Part shown: positions 42,326-56,170 of the stretch, one piece after another
Layout: the number at the start of each line of letters is the position of its first letter
Numbering within the stretch: position 1 is the first letter of the stretch
Virus record (IMG/VR): IMGVR_UViG_3300044712_000688
Span: 72,299-136,298 of that record
DNA from: a virus
Reading direction: 5' to 3' (one strand)
Length of the DNA: 64,000 nt
Notes under the pieces: generated by a model
What the model saw: only the letters and a program-made list of their open reading frames with translations
Database searches by the model: none
Told to the model about the DNA's origin: nothing
Position numbers and translations under genes: made by a program

Positions 42326-43400
42326 CTGCTTCTTTGTAGTAGTTTAGATTATTAGTCAGTCGCTCGTTATCTGGCTCGTAAGACGCTGCAACTTTTCCGT
42401 AGATCAAAGCTTCTTTATACATTCCTAAGTTATAAGCGGCAATAGCAGCTAAATCGCTAGGCAATGCTCCCCAAGCGAAGTCCTCGCAAAGATAGTCCAG
42501 CGGCTTCTCTTTGATGTCTAAAGCCTCTAGTGCAATTTTGTAGCACTTATCCCAAGTTTGATTTTCATAGAGATACTGAGCATATTCAACCAGAGCTTCT
42601 CGACGTCCCGGGGCTTCGGCAATTGCCTCACATAGCCAAGCCTCTTTATTCTCTGGCTCGCACTTAGCTAGGTACCTCATGGAAGCTGCTCGCTCTGGCC
42701 TCCACGTGGCACTAGGAATAGATAGATGCCTCTTAAATTCTTCCGCAGCTTCTTCATGATGTCCGTAAAAGAAGAGCTCTCTTGCGTAATAGAAAGCACT
42801 TCTGTCATCATTTGGTGACTCTTTGACTGCTAGCTTAAGTAGCGGTAGATATTGACCGCGGCTTTTTGTAGGGTCAGCTCTATGGTGTAAAACTACCTCG
42901 GGAATCACTACTCTATTCTCTACTCGATCCATCTCCCAGTAGAGTGTCTCGTGGCAAGGCTGACGCCAGCGGTACCCAAAGCGTGCATGAATCTTGTCGG
43001 CATAGAACTGAATGCCCGGAGTTACTCCGTCTTCCTTCCAGTTCCAGATATAGTCATAAGCGATTCGGTCAATGTTACCGTTGGTCTCTTGCCATGCCTT
43101 ATCTATGGCCTCTACCCAGCCTGGCTGTAGATACTCATCCAGATCAATAGATAGGCAGATATCAATATCAGCGGGGATCAGACTCAGCGCCGTATTTCTA
43201 GGCACATCAAATCGCCAAGGCCTCTGAGTGATCTCATAGACTACTGCACCACGTTCACGAAGACGCTCTACCGTTCCATCGGTGGATCCTGTATCGCAGA
43301 CTAAAACTAGGTCTGCTCCTTCGTTTGCATCCATGAATTTATCTACATGCTTAATTTCATTTAGAGCAATTGCATATACACAGGTTTTTACCTTACGCAT
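42300..43400 (-). CDS. GT2 glycosyltransferase with TPR repeats
   Basis: VYAIALNE, DTGSTDGT, RFDVPRN, SIDLDE (DxD), C-terminal TPR helices. ATG at 43400 has an AAGGA SD. Confidence 0.9.
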   Translation of the reverse strand: MRKVKTCVYAIALNEIKHVDKFMDANEGADLVLVCDTGSTDGTVERLRERGAVVYEITQRPWRFDVPRNTALSLIPADIDICLSIDLDEYLQPGWVEAIDKAWQETNGNIDRIAYDYIWNWKEDGVTPGIQFYADKIHARFGYRWRQPCHETLYWEMDRVENRVVIPEVVLHHRADPTKSRGQYLPLLKLAVKESPNDDRSAFYYARELFFYGHHEEAAEEFKRHLSIPSATWRPERAASMRYLAKCEPENKEAWLCEAIAEAPGRREALVEYAQYLYENQTWDKCYKIALEALDIKEKPLDYLCEDFAWGALPSDLAAIAAYNLGMYKEALIYGKVAASYEPDNERLTNNLNYYKEAAKVSSYSL

Positions 43401-44439
43401 TTGATCCTTCATACCACTTCATGTTTTCAATAAGTCTTGGGTTATCTGGGTCTAATTCTAGTGCCAGTGCGCCGTGCTTAAGCGCCAACTCTTTATCCCC
43501 GCAGTAGTATGCAGAAATTGCAGTAATGTCGTGTGGGCCACTCCCCCACGCTTCTGCAGAGTATGTAAATCCGTCTCGGCGTTCAGTAATTTCTAGGCAC
43601 TCTAAGGCAGCTTCAAGAGCGATCTGGTGCTCCCCCGTGGAGGAGTATAGCTTCGAGATTTCATACAAAGTTTCGCGTTCTTTGCTTTGGTTGTAGGCTA
43701 GCCCTAGCCAAGCCCTAGCTGACTCTAGATCGCCTTGCATTTTGTAGTTCAGGGCAACGTTCTTTGCAATATATGACTTCACAACTGGGCCATCTAAGCA
43801 CTTGGCATAGCTCTCGGAACGCCAATCAATGGCCTTATCTAGATTTCCAATAGCTTGGTAGTCATTAGCTAGAAAGTACCTTGTGCGCCAATCCTCGTCC
43901 CCCTCGCTAATCTTCTTATGCAGGAGATTTAAATAGCTGCGCCTACTCTTTGTAGTGTCTTGCCATTCGTCTAGAAAGATGTCTTTAGACCAAATCACTT
44001 TTTCTGGAATTGACCATGATAGGGTTTCATGTACTGCACCGACCCATTTGCAGTCGTGGCGGGCATGAATCTTTGAGTGCCACTGCCAATCTCCTCCATT
44101 GTGACGGTACTTGTGGTTTAGTATCGTAGCGTCTGCTTCCCAGTTGTCTTCTAGGATATTTCTCCAGCCTGACAAAAGAACTTCATCCATATCCATAGAT
44201 ACTGCAATATCAATATCTTTTGGTAGGAGATTTAGAGCAGCGTTCTTAGCATCGTCAAATCTCCACGGAGAAACTTTTATTTTATAGATAACTATCCCGA
44301 GGGACTCGGCAATGTTTACAGTGTTGTCAGAAGAGCCAGTATCGGCAATAAGAACGTAATCGGCTTCTTTGGCTGACTCATACCAGCGGTTAACAAATTG
44401 TTCCTCATTGCACGCTATAGAGTAGACAGCTATTTTCAC
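43393..44439 (-). CDS. GT2 glycosyltransferase with TPR repeats (paralogue)
   Basis: IAVYSIACNEE, DTGSSDNT, RFDDAKN, SMDMDE, GAVHE; TPR C-terminus. Confidence 0.9.
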   Translation of the reverse strand: MKIAVYSIACNEEQFVNRWYESAKEADYVLIADTGSSDNTVNIAESLGIVIYKIKVSPWRFDDAKNAALNLLPKDIDIAVSMDMDEVLLSGWRNILEDNWEADATILNHKYRHNGGDWQWHSKIHARHDCKWVGAVHETLSWSIPEKVIWSKDIFLDEWQDTTKSRRSYLNLLHKKISEGDEDWRTRYFLANDYQAIGNLDKAIDWRSESYAKCLDGPVVKSYIAKNVALNYKMQGDLESARAWLGLAYNQSKERETLYEISKLYSSTGEHQIALEAALECLEITERRDGFTYSAEAWGSGPHDITAISAYYCGDKELALKHGALALELDPDNPRLIENMKWYEGSNA

Positions 44440-44651
44440 TTCTTTGTCTTCTTTTTGACTTCTATTCGTGCCCAGATTCGCTCATGTAGATAGTAGTAAA
44501 CCATCTCCATAATGGACCCAGTTAGTACGATTCCGGCTGAGAGCAATAGATTACCCGTGAATAGCCAAGTGATACCAAAGAAGATTAGCTCATGGCTGAC
44601 GATGTAGGTAAAACTTTTTAGTACAGATCTGGCTTTAGTGTCTGTAGCCAT
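44436..44651 (-). CDS. DUF2061-like small membrane protein
   Basis: RSVLKSFTY...YYYLHERIWARI pattern with two hydrophobic stretches. Confidence 0.75.
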   Translation of the reverse strand: MATDTKARSVLKSFTYIVSHELIFFGITWLFTGNLLLSAGIVLTGSIMEMVYYYLHERIWARIEVKKKTKK

Positions 44652-44653
44652 AT

Positions 44654-45859
44654 TTATTCCACCGTAATGACGCTAATAAACTCTCGAGGATTGAAGTCTC
44701 CGCCTAGGACCATAGTTAGTAGTCCTGCATTAGAGGTGGCACCCGCACGGTCACGGTACCACTCAGAGCCGGGGTCTGTAGTTGGGCACTGACACCACAA
44801 GCGATGTCCGATGTCCATAGTGCGGAAGTTGTGGTAGTGGCCCGAGATCCACACATCACAAAGACCAAGGGCTGTTTGACCCAAGGACTGTTGCTGTAGA
44901 TACTTCTCTGGATTATTTGCACTCATTTGGTGGCCATGGAAAAGACCGACCATTGTGCCGTTAATGTCTACAGCTAGAGTCTGGTGTCCCGACGCAGGGA
45001 ATCGGAATTCAACGTGAGACAGTGCTTGGTTTTCTGCGCACGCATCCTGAACAGCCGATGCAATTTCAACATTCCAGCCATCAGCTGGATCAGCAGCAAC
45101 CTGACGAGTTACCTCGTCATGGTTTCCGTTTACTACGGGGACAACCATACGCTCCGCCATCGGAGCAAGAGATTTAATCTGAGACATAAGGAGACGTCGA
45201 GCAACGCGTACCTGCTCGGTCAATCCCAAGTCTGATGCAGCTTGACCTTGTAGACGTCCACCCTGAGAAACAATTCCCTCTACGTGGTCGCCTGGTAGTG
45301 CTAGAACTATAGTTCCTAGATCTAGACCAATCTTCTTATATGCCTCGAATTTGCTAACTGCTTTTTGTGTACCAGCAAGAATTCGATCAATAGATTGCTG
45401 AGTTCCGTTACCCTGAGCCTTCTTACCAATCTGCTGATCACTAGGTGCCACTAAATATGCACCTTTACCAGTGTGCTGTTTTATGCCTCGCTCTGGACGC
45501 CACTTTTTAATTTCATCAATTAGCTTCTCTGCGTCTAAAGCATTTTCTCGATCTGCCCAAGCATTATTTGGAGTCAGATTTACTCGTACTGACTCGAGAA
45601 ATTCTCCGTCATACTTTTGCCACTTACCGCGACGCATGGACGACACTGTCCAATCCTCGGGATCAAGTCCAAACTCTTGAAGGATTGCGTTTGCATCTGG
45701 AATCTCAGATGATGGGCGCGGCTTTGAGATTACGAAGCCACCCTTTGAAGAGTCAACGTCCATTCTTGGACGCCAGTCCTCCGGGATATTTAAAGATTTG
45801 ATATCAGATCCGGTTGTTCCGGGTGAAGCTAGTTTCTCTAAGCGTTCGCTTAGGCTCAT
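44654..45859 (-). CDS. Calcineurin-like metallophosphoesterase
   Basis: SDQQIG, GDHVEG, NGNHDE, FHGH, GHYH metal-binding motifs. Confidence 0.88.
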   Translation of the reverse strand: MSLSERLEKLASPGTTGSDIKSLNIPEDWRPRMDVDSSKGGFVISKPRPSSEIPDANAILQEFGLDPEDWTVSSMRRGKWQKYDGEFLESVRVNLTPNNAWADRENALDAEKLIDEIKKWRPERGIKQHTGKGAYLVAPSDQQIGKKAQGNGTQQSIDRILAGTQKAVSKFEAYKKIGLDLGTIVLALPGDHVEGIVSQGGRLQGQAASDLGLTEQVRVARRLLMSQIKSLAPMAERMVVPVVNGNHDEVTRQVAADPADGWNVEIASAVQDACAENQALSHVEFRFPASGHQTLAVDINGTMVGLFHGHQMSANNPEKYLQQQSLGQTALGLCDVWISGHYHNFRTMDIGHRLWCQCPTTDPGSEWYRDRAGATSNAGLLTMVLGGDFNPREFISVITVE

Positions 45860-46119
45860 TTCTGAACCTTCCTATAGCAGGTGCAAGACTTTCCCCTATG
45901 ACGATCAAAGGAGCTCTTTGATACATCATACCCCTCTTCACGTAGAAGTTGGGATAAAGTTACATTAGACACGCTGGAAGGGTCTTCATAGGATACCGAC
46001 ATTACTTCGGTGAGAAGCTCGGCATCTTTAGCTGGAAGTTTAGAAAGAATTTTTCCGATTTTGCACTTTGGAGCAGAAGACTCTAGTTGCGCTTCAGAAA
46101 GCTTTTTGGATAGGGACAC
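45856..46119 (-). CDS. Small HTH-like protein with Cys motifs
   Basis: CKIG...LSQLLREEGYDVSKSSFDRHRGKSCTC; coupled to the phosphoesterase gene. Confidence 0.6.
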   Translation of the reverse strand: MSLSKKLSEAQLESSAPKCKIGKILSKLPAKDAELLTEVMSVSYEDPSSVSNVTLSQLLREEGYDVSKSSFDRHRGKSCTCYRKVQK

Positions 46120-46185
46120 GTGTGCTCCTTCATTTTGTCTATTTCGTCATTTTACAGCTTATCAACATTCAAGTCAATATTTAAA

Positions 46186-46545
46186 CTATTCTGGCTTTTT
46201 TCGAGGCTTTCTCCGTACTGGAATAGGTTCCTCGGTCATCTTTAGACCACCTAAGTCTAGGCCATTTTTGGCTAAAATTATGTCTTTTATCAGCTCTGTC
46301 TCTGCTGACATTTTTACTACGTGGGTTTCGATGGTATTTACTCGGTCAGCCAATGAGCTGCCGCCATTCTCCCAGAGCTGGTGCTCGACTCGGTCTAGCC
46401 GATCCGAGATTGTACGCCCCTGAGCATCGGCTCCGAGAACAACCGCTAGGCGGTTTACTAATCTAAATGTTGCATAGACGCCACCAAAAATTACGCCAAG
46501 GGCAGTAATTACCGCAGCAATAGTTAAAATAATCTCGACAGCCAT
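46186..46545 (-). CDS. Membrane protein with one N-terminal TM helix and coiled coil (possible holin)
   Basis: IILTIAAVITALGVIFGGVY TM segment, then RLDRVEHQLWENGGSSLADRV. Confidence 0.55.
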   Translation of the reverse strand: MAVEIILTIAAVITALGVIFGGVYATFRLVNRLAVVLGADAQGRTISDRLDRVEHQLWENGGSSLADRVNTIETHVVKMSAETELIKDIILAKNGLDLGGLKMTEEPIPVRRKPRKKPE

Positions 46546-46594
46546 GACCTATAATAGAAATCTACTCGGTGAACCAATTAGGTTTGTTTCATCT

Positions 46595-46603
46595 ATTTTA
46601 CCC
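46595..46603 (-). promoter_or_regulatory. GGTAAAAT-type promoter for the - strand GT operon
   Basis: ATTTTACCC on +, reading GGGTAAAAT on -, about 50 nt upstream of ATG 46545. Confidence 0.55.
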
Positions 46604-46774
46604 TAATAGGGTCTTCCTTATTTGGCTGGGCGTTAGGTCGTCCCCCTGAATGAGTCTGCTGGCAATCTGCCATTTTTATGTTTGAGTTTGCATTTGCCGT
46701 CTTTGGCTGTATGCTGATGTTAGTATTTTCGGAGAGTTTATGTATTTCTTTAGTGACGGCAAGGCGGTGGCGTA

Positions 46775-49414
46775 ATGAGCGCATGGGAGACAGCGGGTAA
46801 TGGCAAACTTGCCCGAGGAGCCGCTTGGTTTGCCAATAAGGGTTGGGTTCTACTGCCCGTACACGGAATCACTAATGATGGTCGATGCACTTGCGGTCGG
46901 TCTCATGGTGGCGAGACCAAAGACATCGGAAAGCACCCTGCACTAAACAGCTGGAATACCGAAGCCTCTAATGATCCCGCCGTAGTAGCCAAGTGGTATG
47001 AAGAGAATCCTGATTACAATATCGGCGTTTTCTGTAAGCCATCTGGATTCTTTGCCATTGATATTGACCCACGTTCTGGTGGCGATGACTCTTTTGAAAT
47101 TCTTGAAGCACGTGCTGAAGGTGCACTACCTCCAACTGTTGAAGCGCAGACCGGAAACTACACGGTACGTGGAAAAGTTGTACGCGGTCGTCACCTAATC
47201 TATAAGTGCGACCCTAACGAAAAATTCCTAGGCAACCTAGAAAAGGCTGGCCTTAAGGGAATTGATATCAAGCACAACGGCTACATTCTTATTGCTCCGT
47301 CGCGTCACTTCTCTGGCACTACTTATGACTGGAAGCCTGGTCACGCACCTTGGGAGATGGAGATTGCTGAAGCACCAGAAGAGCTTCTCGCTGTTTTGCG
47401 TGCACGCACTCCACGTCAAGGATCAGGTACCGCATATAAAGACGGCTCTTGGGATTGGCTAGAAGAACTCGAGTTCAGCGGTGAAAAAGTTGATATCGAA
47501 AAGATTCTTAGTGAGGGTATTGACGAGGGTCACCGAGCAGTCGAGGTTTATCGACTTGCGTGTGCACTAGCAAACAAATTTGGTACTAGCCCCGAATCTC
47601 GTCTCGCAATCGAGTCAATGATGATTCGCTTCAACCATGAAATGATTCGTCCTCCTATGGAGTTGGAGGGTGCCAACTCTCTACTAATGCACACTCACCG
47701 CGCGATTGACTTTGTCGCTAATAGCCCGAAGCTTGACCGCAAGTGGGAGGGGCTCACGGAGTGGGCTCGTAATGGCGGTAATGAGTGGGCAAAAAAATCT
47801 CAGGAAGAGACTTCTCAGGCATTGGTTCAGTCTGGATCAGACAACTTTACTGCTCCAGTTGTAACTATGCCACCTAAGTTTGTTGGTGACATTGTTACTG
47901 ACCTAATTGAAAGTGGTGTTTCTGTAGCAGATGCTACAAACAAGGGAAATGCTCCACTACCTAAAGACGTTGACGCGATTAGCGCCGAAGATGGTGGGCG
48001 TCCAGGCTATCGAACTCTTACAGATGTAGGTAACAGCCGTAGGCTTATTGACACCTACGGATCCGCGATTCGCTATACCCCTGGACTAGGTTGGTTCTAT
48101 TGGGAGGGCCAATATTGGTGCCCTGACTCGGAAGAGCTGCACCTAAAGGAACTTGCTAAGCGTATCTCTACTGTTATTGCCAGTGAGGTAATTAATTACG
48201 ACGAAGATGACCCTAAGCGTTCGGAACTAGTGAACCACGCTAAGCAGGCAAAATCAGCTGCAAAGATTGCAACTATGACTGCACTAGCAGACTCCGATGA
48301 ACGTGTTGCGGTTGCTGTAGAGCAGTGGGACAATGCGCCTCACCTGCTGGGTGTTGTGAATGGTGTTGTGGATCTTCGTACTGGAGAACTACTCCGTGGA
48401 CGCCCAGACCTACACATTACAAAGCGTGCTCCCGTTTCTTACAACCCGGGCTTGCGCAACGTCCGTTGGGAGCAGTTCATTGACTACGCGACTGGCGGAG
48501 ACAAAGAGCTTCAGGAATGGATTCAGAAAGCTGCTGGATATACGCTGACTGGTCTTAGCAACCAAGACGTTTTGTTCTTGGTCTACGGTCCTCCGGGCTC
48601 TGGTAAGAACACGTTCGTAGAAACAATTGTCAACGCGTTAGGTGCCGAGCAATACGCCGGAAAGTTGCCATCTGAAATCATGGCATCTGGTCAGGCGCAA
48701 AACTCTTCTAACCAGTACTACATGGCAGAGCTTCGTGGTAAGCGCATGATCTGGATTGACGAGTTGCCTGAGTCTGAGCGTCTAAACGAAAACCAGATTA
48801 AGCAGCTCACTGGTTCGTCAACGATTCAGGGTCGTTCGCCTGGTGAAAAGCCATTCACATTCAAGGCCCAAGGCAAGATGTGGATTACGACTAACCACCG
48901 TCCAATCATTACTGACGATGCTATGTGGCGTCGTCTGCGTCCAATTCCATGGTCAAACATCCCAGAGACCTCCGACCCAGATCTAAAGGCATATCTTTCT
49001 GATCCAGAGGGCGGTCTTCCTGCTGTCCTATCGTGGGCAGTAGACGGTGCAATTAAGTATTTGAACTCGTCTGCTCGTGATCCGCTGGGAATGTGTGCAG
49101 CTGTTCGTGATGCCTCTGATATCTACCGCAAGAACGAAGACCGCATTGGTATCTTCCTTGATGAAGAAACTAAAGAATCAATTGGCGCGTCTAGTCAGAT
49201 TAAGAGTCTCTATGCTGTATACCGCGTTTGGAGCGACGAGCGTGGAGAGCGTCCTATGTCTCAGATTGCGTTCCAGCGTAAGCTATCTGATCGAGGACTA
49301 ACAGTTAACGGTCAGGGTGTTAAGGCAACCCTAGAGAATCGCGCACTGAACCCTCGTGTTGTGCCTAGCAGTGAAGTTGACTGGGGTATGGCTACGAGGC
49401 TGGCTCGAATCTAA
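46775..49414 (+). CDS. Bifunctional primase-polymerase plus D5/P4-type SF3 helicase
   Basis: N-terminal GWVLLPVHG...KHP...NIG...IDIDPRSGG (Prim-Pol); TDVGNSRRL (D5-N); YGPPGSGKNTF Walker A; IKQLTG...R...EK; DDAMWRRL. Confidence 0.95.
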   Translation: MSAWETAGNGKLARGAAWFANKGWVLLPVHGITNDGRCTCGRSHGGETKDIGKHPALNSWNTEASNDPAVVAKWYEENPDYNIGVFCKPSGFFAIDIDPRSGGDDSFEILEARAEGALPPTVEAQTGNYTVRGKVVRGRHLIYKCDPNEKFLGNLEKAGLKGIDIKHNGYILIAPSRHFSGTTYDWKPGHAPWEMEIAEAPEELLAVLRARTPRQGSGTAYKDGSWDWLEELEFSGEKVDIEKILSEGIDEGHRAVEVYRLACALANKFGTSPESRLAIESMMIRFNHEMIRPPMELEGANSLLMHTHRAIDFVANSPKLDRKWEGLTEWARNGGNEWAKKSQEETSQALVQSGSDNFTAPVVTMPPKFVGDIVTDLIESGVSVADATNKGNAPLPKDVDAISAEDGGRPGYRTLTDVGNSRRLIDTYGSAIRYTPGLGWFYWEGQYWCPDSEELHLKELAKRISTVIASEVINYDEDDPKRSELVNHAKQAKSAAKIATMTALADSDERVAVAVEQWDNAPHLLGVVNGVVDLRTGELLRGRPDLHITKRAPVSYNPGLRNVRWEQFIDYATGGDKELQEWIQKAAGYTLTGLSNQDVLFLVYGPPGSGKNTFVETIVNALGAEQYAGKLPSEIMASGQAQNSSNQYYMAELRGKRMIWIDELPESERLNENQIKQLTGSSTIQGRSPGEKPFTFKAQGKMWITTNHRPIITDDAMWRRLRPIPWSNIPETSDPDLKAYLSDPEGGLPAVLSWAVDGAIKYLNSSARDPLGMCAAVRDASDIYRKNEDRIGIFLDEETKESIGASSQIKSLYAVYRVWSDERGERPMSQIAFQRKLSDRGLTVNGQGVKATLENRALNPRVVPSSEVDWGMATRLARI

Positions 49415-49427
49415 AACAAAGTAAAGA

Positions 49428-49709
49428 CTAAGAAATTTTAGATAAATACTGATCGTATTTCATCTTTAAGTGTGACTTTACCGTTTTAGCTTCTAAAAAG
49501 TATTGATTAGATAGCTCTGTTTCAGAATATTCTTCTGGAGTTTTTGTGCTGTCAGCAAGTAATCCAGCTTTTAGTTTGTATTCAAAATCTCCAATAGATG
49601 CTTCAAAAAAGAACTCCCAGCGTTTAACTAGGCCGTCCTCATTCAAAATAGGAGTGAGGTTGGTAATAGTTTTTGTTGCTAGATCCCATGGGGTTGGCGA
49701 TTCTGTCAT
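49428..49709 (-). CDS. Hypothetical protein
   Basis: 93-aa ORF at the end of the fibre operon. Confidence 0.55.
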   Translation of the reverse strand: MTESPTPWDLATKTITNLTPILNEDGLVKRWEFFFEASIGDFEYKLKAGLLADSTKTPEEYSETELSNQYFLEAKTVKSHLKMKYDQYLSKIS

Positions 49710-50038
49710 TATCTGAGTCCCCTAATTAGAACTTCAATTTCGATGTCAGTTAAGCCGACTACATCTTTTAGTTTTTGCTTTGCTGTAGTTGGTGCATTTA
49801 TGCGCTCAATCTCTTCAGGCGTTAAATCGCGCAAAGACCACACCTGAGTCCAAGTACCGTCAATTTCTTCAGGAGCAAGCTCAATCAGTGCTTTGTTTTC
49901 TGGGACGCTTGGCGGGTTGGTAGGTGTAACTTCAATCCAACCGTTTGGTAGCGGATCACCATAGTTCCAGCCAGGATTAGCTGCTTGGATATCGCCAATG
50001 TGTCTAGGATATTCATTTTCGGGATTTATAAAAAGCAT
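49709..50038 (-). CDS. Putative tail-fibre assembly chaperone-like protein
   Basis: PEEIDGTWTQVWSLRDLTPEE pattern typical of small fibre-adjacent proteins. Confidence 0.5.
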   Translation of the reverse strand: MLFINPENEYPRHIGDIQAANPGWNYGDPLPNGWIEVTPTNPPSVPENKALIELAPEEIDGTWTQVWSLRDLTPEEIERINAPTTAKQKLKDVVGLTDIEIEVLIRGLR

Positions 50039-50042
50039 ATAA

Positions 50043-51290
50043 TTATCCTACCTCGGTGCCGATATATGTAATAGTTGGTGTTGCTGTTACTGAAGATACC
50101 GAGTATCCAGCTGATGAATCCGCATATCCCGCTCCAGTATAGCTAAATCCACTAGCAGTAAAACTCATTGAAATAGATGTTGATTGCAACTGAGAAGTGG
50201 AGTCATATGTAAAATCTGGATAGGTTCCTACCCCACTGCCGTCGCCTTTTAGTTTTGCTACAAATGAGACACCCATTAGGCCTACCGTAGCGTCTGTCCT
50301 ATTTACATTTATTCTTAGTACGCCAGTAAGATTATTAATTCTTCTTATAAACTGCAGTGATCCATCCGAAGCATTAAATTTAGCAAATCCACCACCGTAT
50401 TTAGTTGGATATTCGTTGTTGTTGTAGTCCCAGTAAAAACTTAGATAAGGTGTGCCGCTAGAGTCTAGCCCTACTGTTCCAAAGTCATTATATGTATAAA
50501 CCCCTGGTATCTCTAAGTCTTTAGTCCAAAGTACTGAACCGGAAGAATTAAACTTAATTAAATAGTTTTTTCTTGGACTACCAGACCAGCCAGAAACATA
50601 CACGTTACCGTTACTGTCAACGGCACATCCAGATGCAAAAGTTCCGTTACCATCATTAGGGGTAAATGTTCTTTGCCATAAAACTGATCCATTGCTGGCA
50701 TTAAAAGCGGTAACTAACCCTACAAATACAGATCCATTGTTAAAGCTTCCAGCAGCAACTACAATATTTGGTGTTTCATGGTAACCTACAGCATTAAAAA
50801 GTGTTGCAGAATTTGTATTGTAGGTTGACCAGATCAAAGCTCCATCAGTATTTATAGCCATAACACTGGCAAATGACTGACCTCCACGGCCTCCGGCTAT
50901 GTAGCTGGTCCCTGTACCAGTTGTTATCATATCTTGAGCATCTGCTGCCAGCCCGAGAGCATAATTTTTTTGCCATTGGATTATTCCGTTTGAATTAAAC
51001 TTAGCAACTAACCAGTTTGATGCTCCAGATACATAAACATTTTCTGAATTATCTACACCAATAGCTTCTAGGTTTCCAGCCCCTAAAGCTCTGCCCCAAA
51101 CAAACTGCCCGTTTTTATCAAACTTAAAAGTGTTTGGATAGGTTTGTACATAGAAGTTACCTAAAGCACCTCTAGTATTTGATCCATAACCAGAGCCAAC
51201 ATTTCGCAGGACCCAGTAAATACCTTTTGGCGGAGCTAGTCTTCCCCAAGAAATATTACTGCTATTGCCTATTGATCTTAGTATTGGCAT
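50043..51290 (-). CDS. Beta-propeller (SBBP-like) receptor-binding / fibre-associated protein
   Basis: Repeats of the type IGVDNSENVYVSG, AVDSNGNVYVSG, KFNSSGSVLWTK. Confidence 0.7.
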   Translation of the reverse strand: MPILRSIGNSSNISWGRLAPPKGIYWVLRNVGSGYGSNTRGALGNFYVQTYPNTFKFDKNGQFVWGRALGAGNLEAIGVDNSENVYVSGASNWLVAKFNSNGIIQWQKNYALGLAADAQDMITTGTGTSYIAGGRGGQSFASVMAINTDGALIWSTYNTNSATLFNAVGYHETPNIVVAAGSFNNGSVFVGLVTAFNASNGSVLWQRTFTPNDGNGTFASGCAVDSNGNVYVSGWSGSPRKNYLIKFNSSGSVLWTKDLEIPGVYTYNDFGTVGLDSSGTPYLSFYWDYNNNEYPTKYGGGFAKFNASDGSLQFIRRINNLTGVLRINVNRTDATVGLMGVSFVAKLKGDGSGVGTYPDFTYDSTSQLQSTSISMSFTASGFSYTGAGYADSSAGYSVSSVTATPTITYIGTEVG

Positions 51291-51298
51291 AAAGTACC

Positions 51299-55151
<3,853 letters not shown>

Positions 55152-55152
<1 letters not shown>

Positions 55153-55514
55153 TATTTAGTTACCTCCGCGCGTACAGTTAGATTTCCTTGAAGAAGTCTG
55201 GTAACTGTTCCGGTAGATGTCTCTTCTAGCTCTAAATCATATACGTAGTTGCCTGGGGTCATAGAGGCTGTCTGAGAAGGGGTGATTAAGATAATAATAG
55301 AACCTATTGATGCATTTATGAATAGCCCATTTGATGGGGTAGTTAGCTCCAAAATCGTAATAGCATCTGGAGTTTTAACGCGAATATCCATACGAGCGGT
55401 ATAGCCTGTTAAGGGTACAACATGTTTTGCAGAGCTTTTGAGCGCTATAGATCGATGCAAGGTAGCACCTTGATCTACTACTATATCATAAACATTAGTG
55501 GTTGCGCAATACAC
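55152..55514 (-). CDS. BppU-N-like / Ig-like fibre-attachment protein
   Basis: [10 protein letters not shown]...[11 protein letters not shown]...GNYVYDLEL...RLLQG; GTG start with GAGGA SD. Confidence 0.65.
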
Positions 55515-55547
55515 GGGAATCCTCTGGAGAAAAGGCTAGTCTCTTAT

Positions 55548-55556
55548 ATTTTACCG
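55548..55556 (-). promoter_or_regulatory. GGTAAAAT-type promoter for the collagen-fibre operon
   Basis: ATTTTACCG on +, reading CGGTAAAAT on -. Confidence 0.6.
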
Positions 55557-55570
55557 TAATTAGGTAAATC

Positions 55571-56170
55571 TTAGTTGTCTAGCTTCCTTACCCAGAAGGC
55601 CGGGGACATATACTTTACCCCCGATAAGATACGAGTTGATTTGTGGTAGTAAGGCTCTACGGACGGAAACACAATAATGCTTCCAGCTTTCGGCTTTATC
55701 TTGACATCAAATCTGGTGAAATGAAGCTCTCCACCCTCCATGTCATCATTTAAGTACATAACTGCTGACATTATTGGCTCAATATTTGGCTCGCCGTGGT
55801 AGTCAACGTGTGGTCCCATTTCAGCTCCACTAATGTACTTAGAGATGCTGATTGCCCTTGGCTCGATGTACTTGATCTTTTGTCGTTTCGCATAATCCTT
55901 ACCAGCTTTAGTAAGTGCGTTTTTTAGGGTTAAATACAAAATCCTGACTATGTCAGAGCTAGTACTTAGTTTGGTTTCGTTAGTAGATTTTTGTTGACCA
56001 AAAACATACTTTTCATCATCTCCAGATGCAACCCATTCGTGCCACTTGCCAATGGCATCATTATTTGTTAGATGCTGATCTGTCAACTCCAACATGGCTA
56101 CCACTGCATTTGGGTCTTTTAGTATTCCCTCGTAGTAGTAGATCTTGTCAGCTAATATTTTTGGCTTCAT
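55571..56170 (-). CDS. 2OG-Fe(II) oxygenase (prolyl-4-hydroxylase-like)
   Basis: HVD...YLNDDMEGGEL...KPKAGS...YYH...GVKY. Confidence 0.9.
   Translation of the reverse strand: MKPKILADKIYYYEGILKDPNAVVAMLELTDQHLTNNDAIGKWHEWVASGDDEKYVFGQQKSTNETKLSTSSDIVRILYLTLKNALTKAGKDYAKRQKIKYIEPRAISISKYISGAEMGPHVDYHGEPNIEPIMSAVMYLNDDMEGGELHFTRFDVKIKPKAGSIIVFPSVEPYYHKSTRILSGVKYMSPAFWVRKLDN

Noticed and set aside
46678-46800. About 40-codon hydrophobic ORF upstream of the primase
   Set aside because: No SD, overlaps the primase start and has no recognisable features; probably intergenic sequence.
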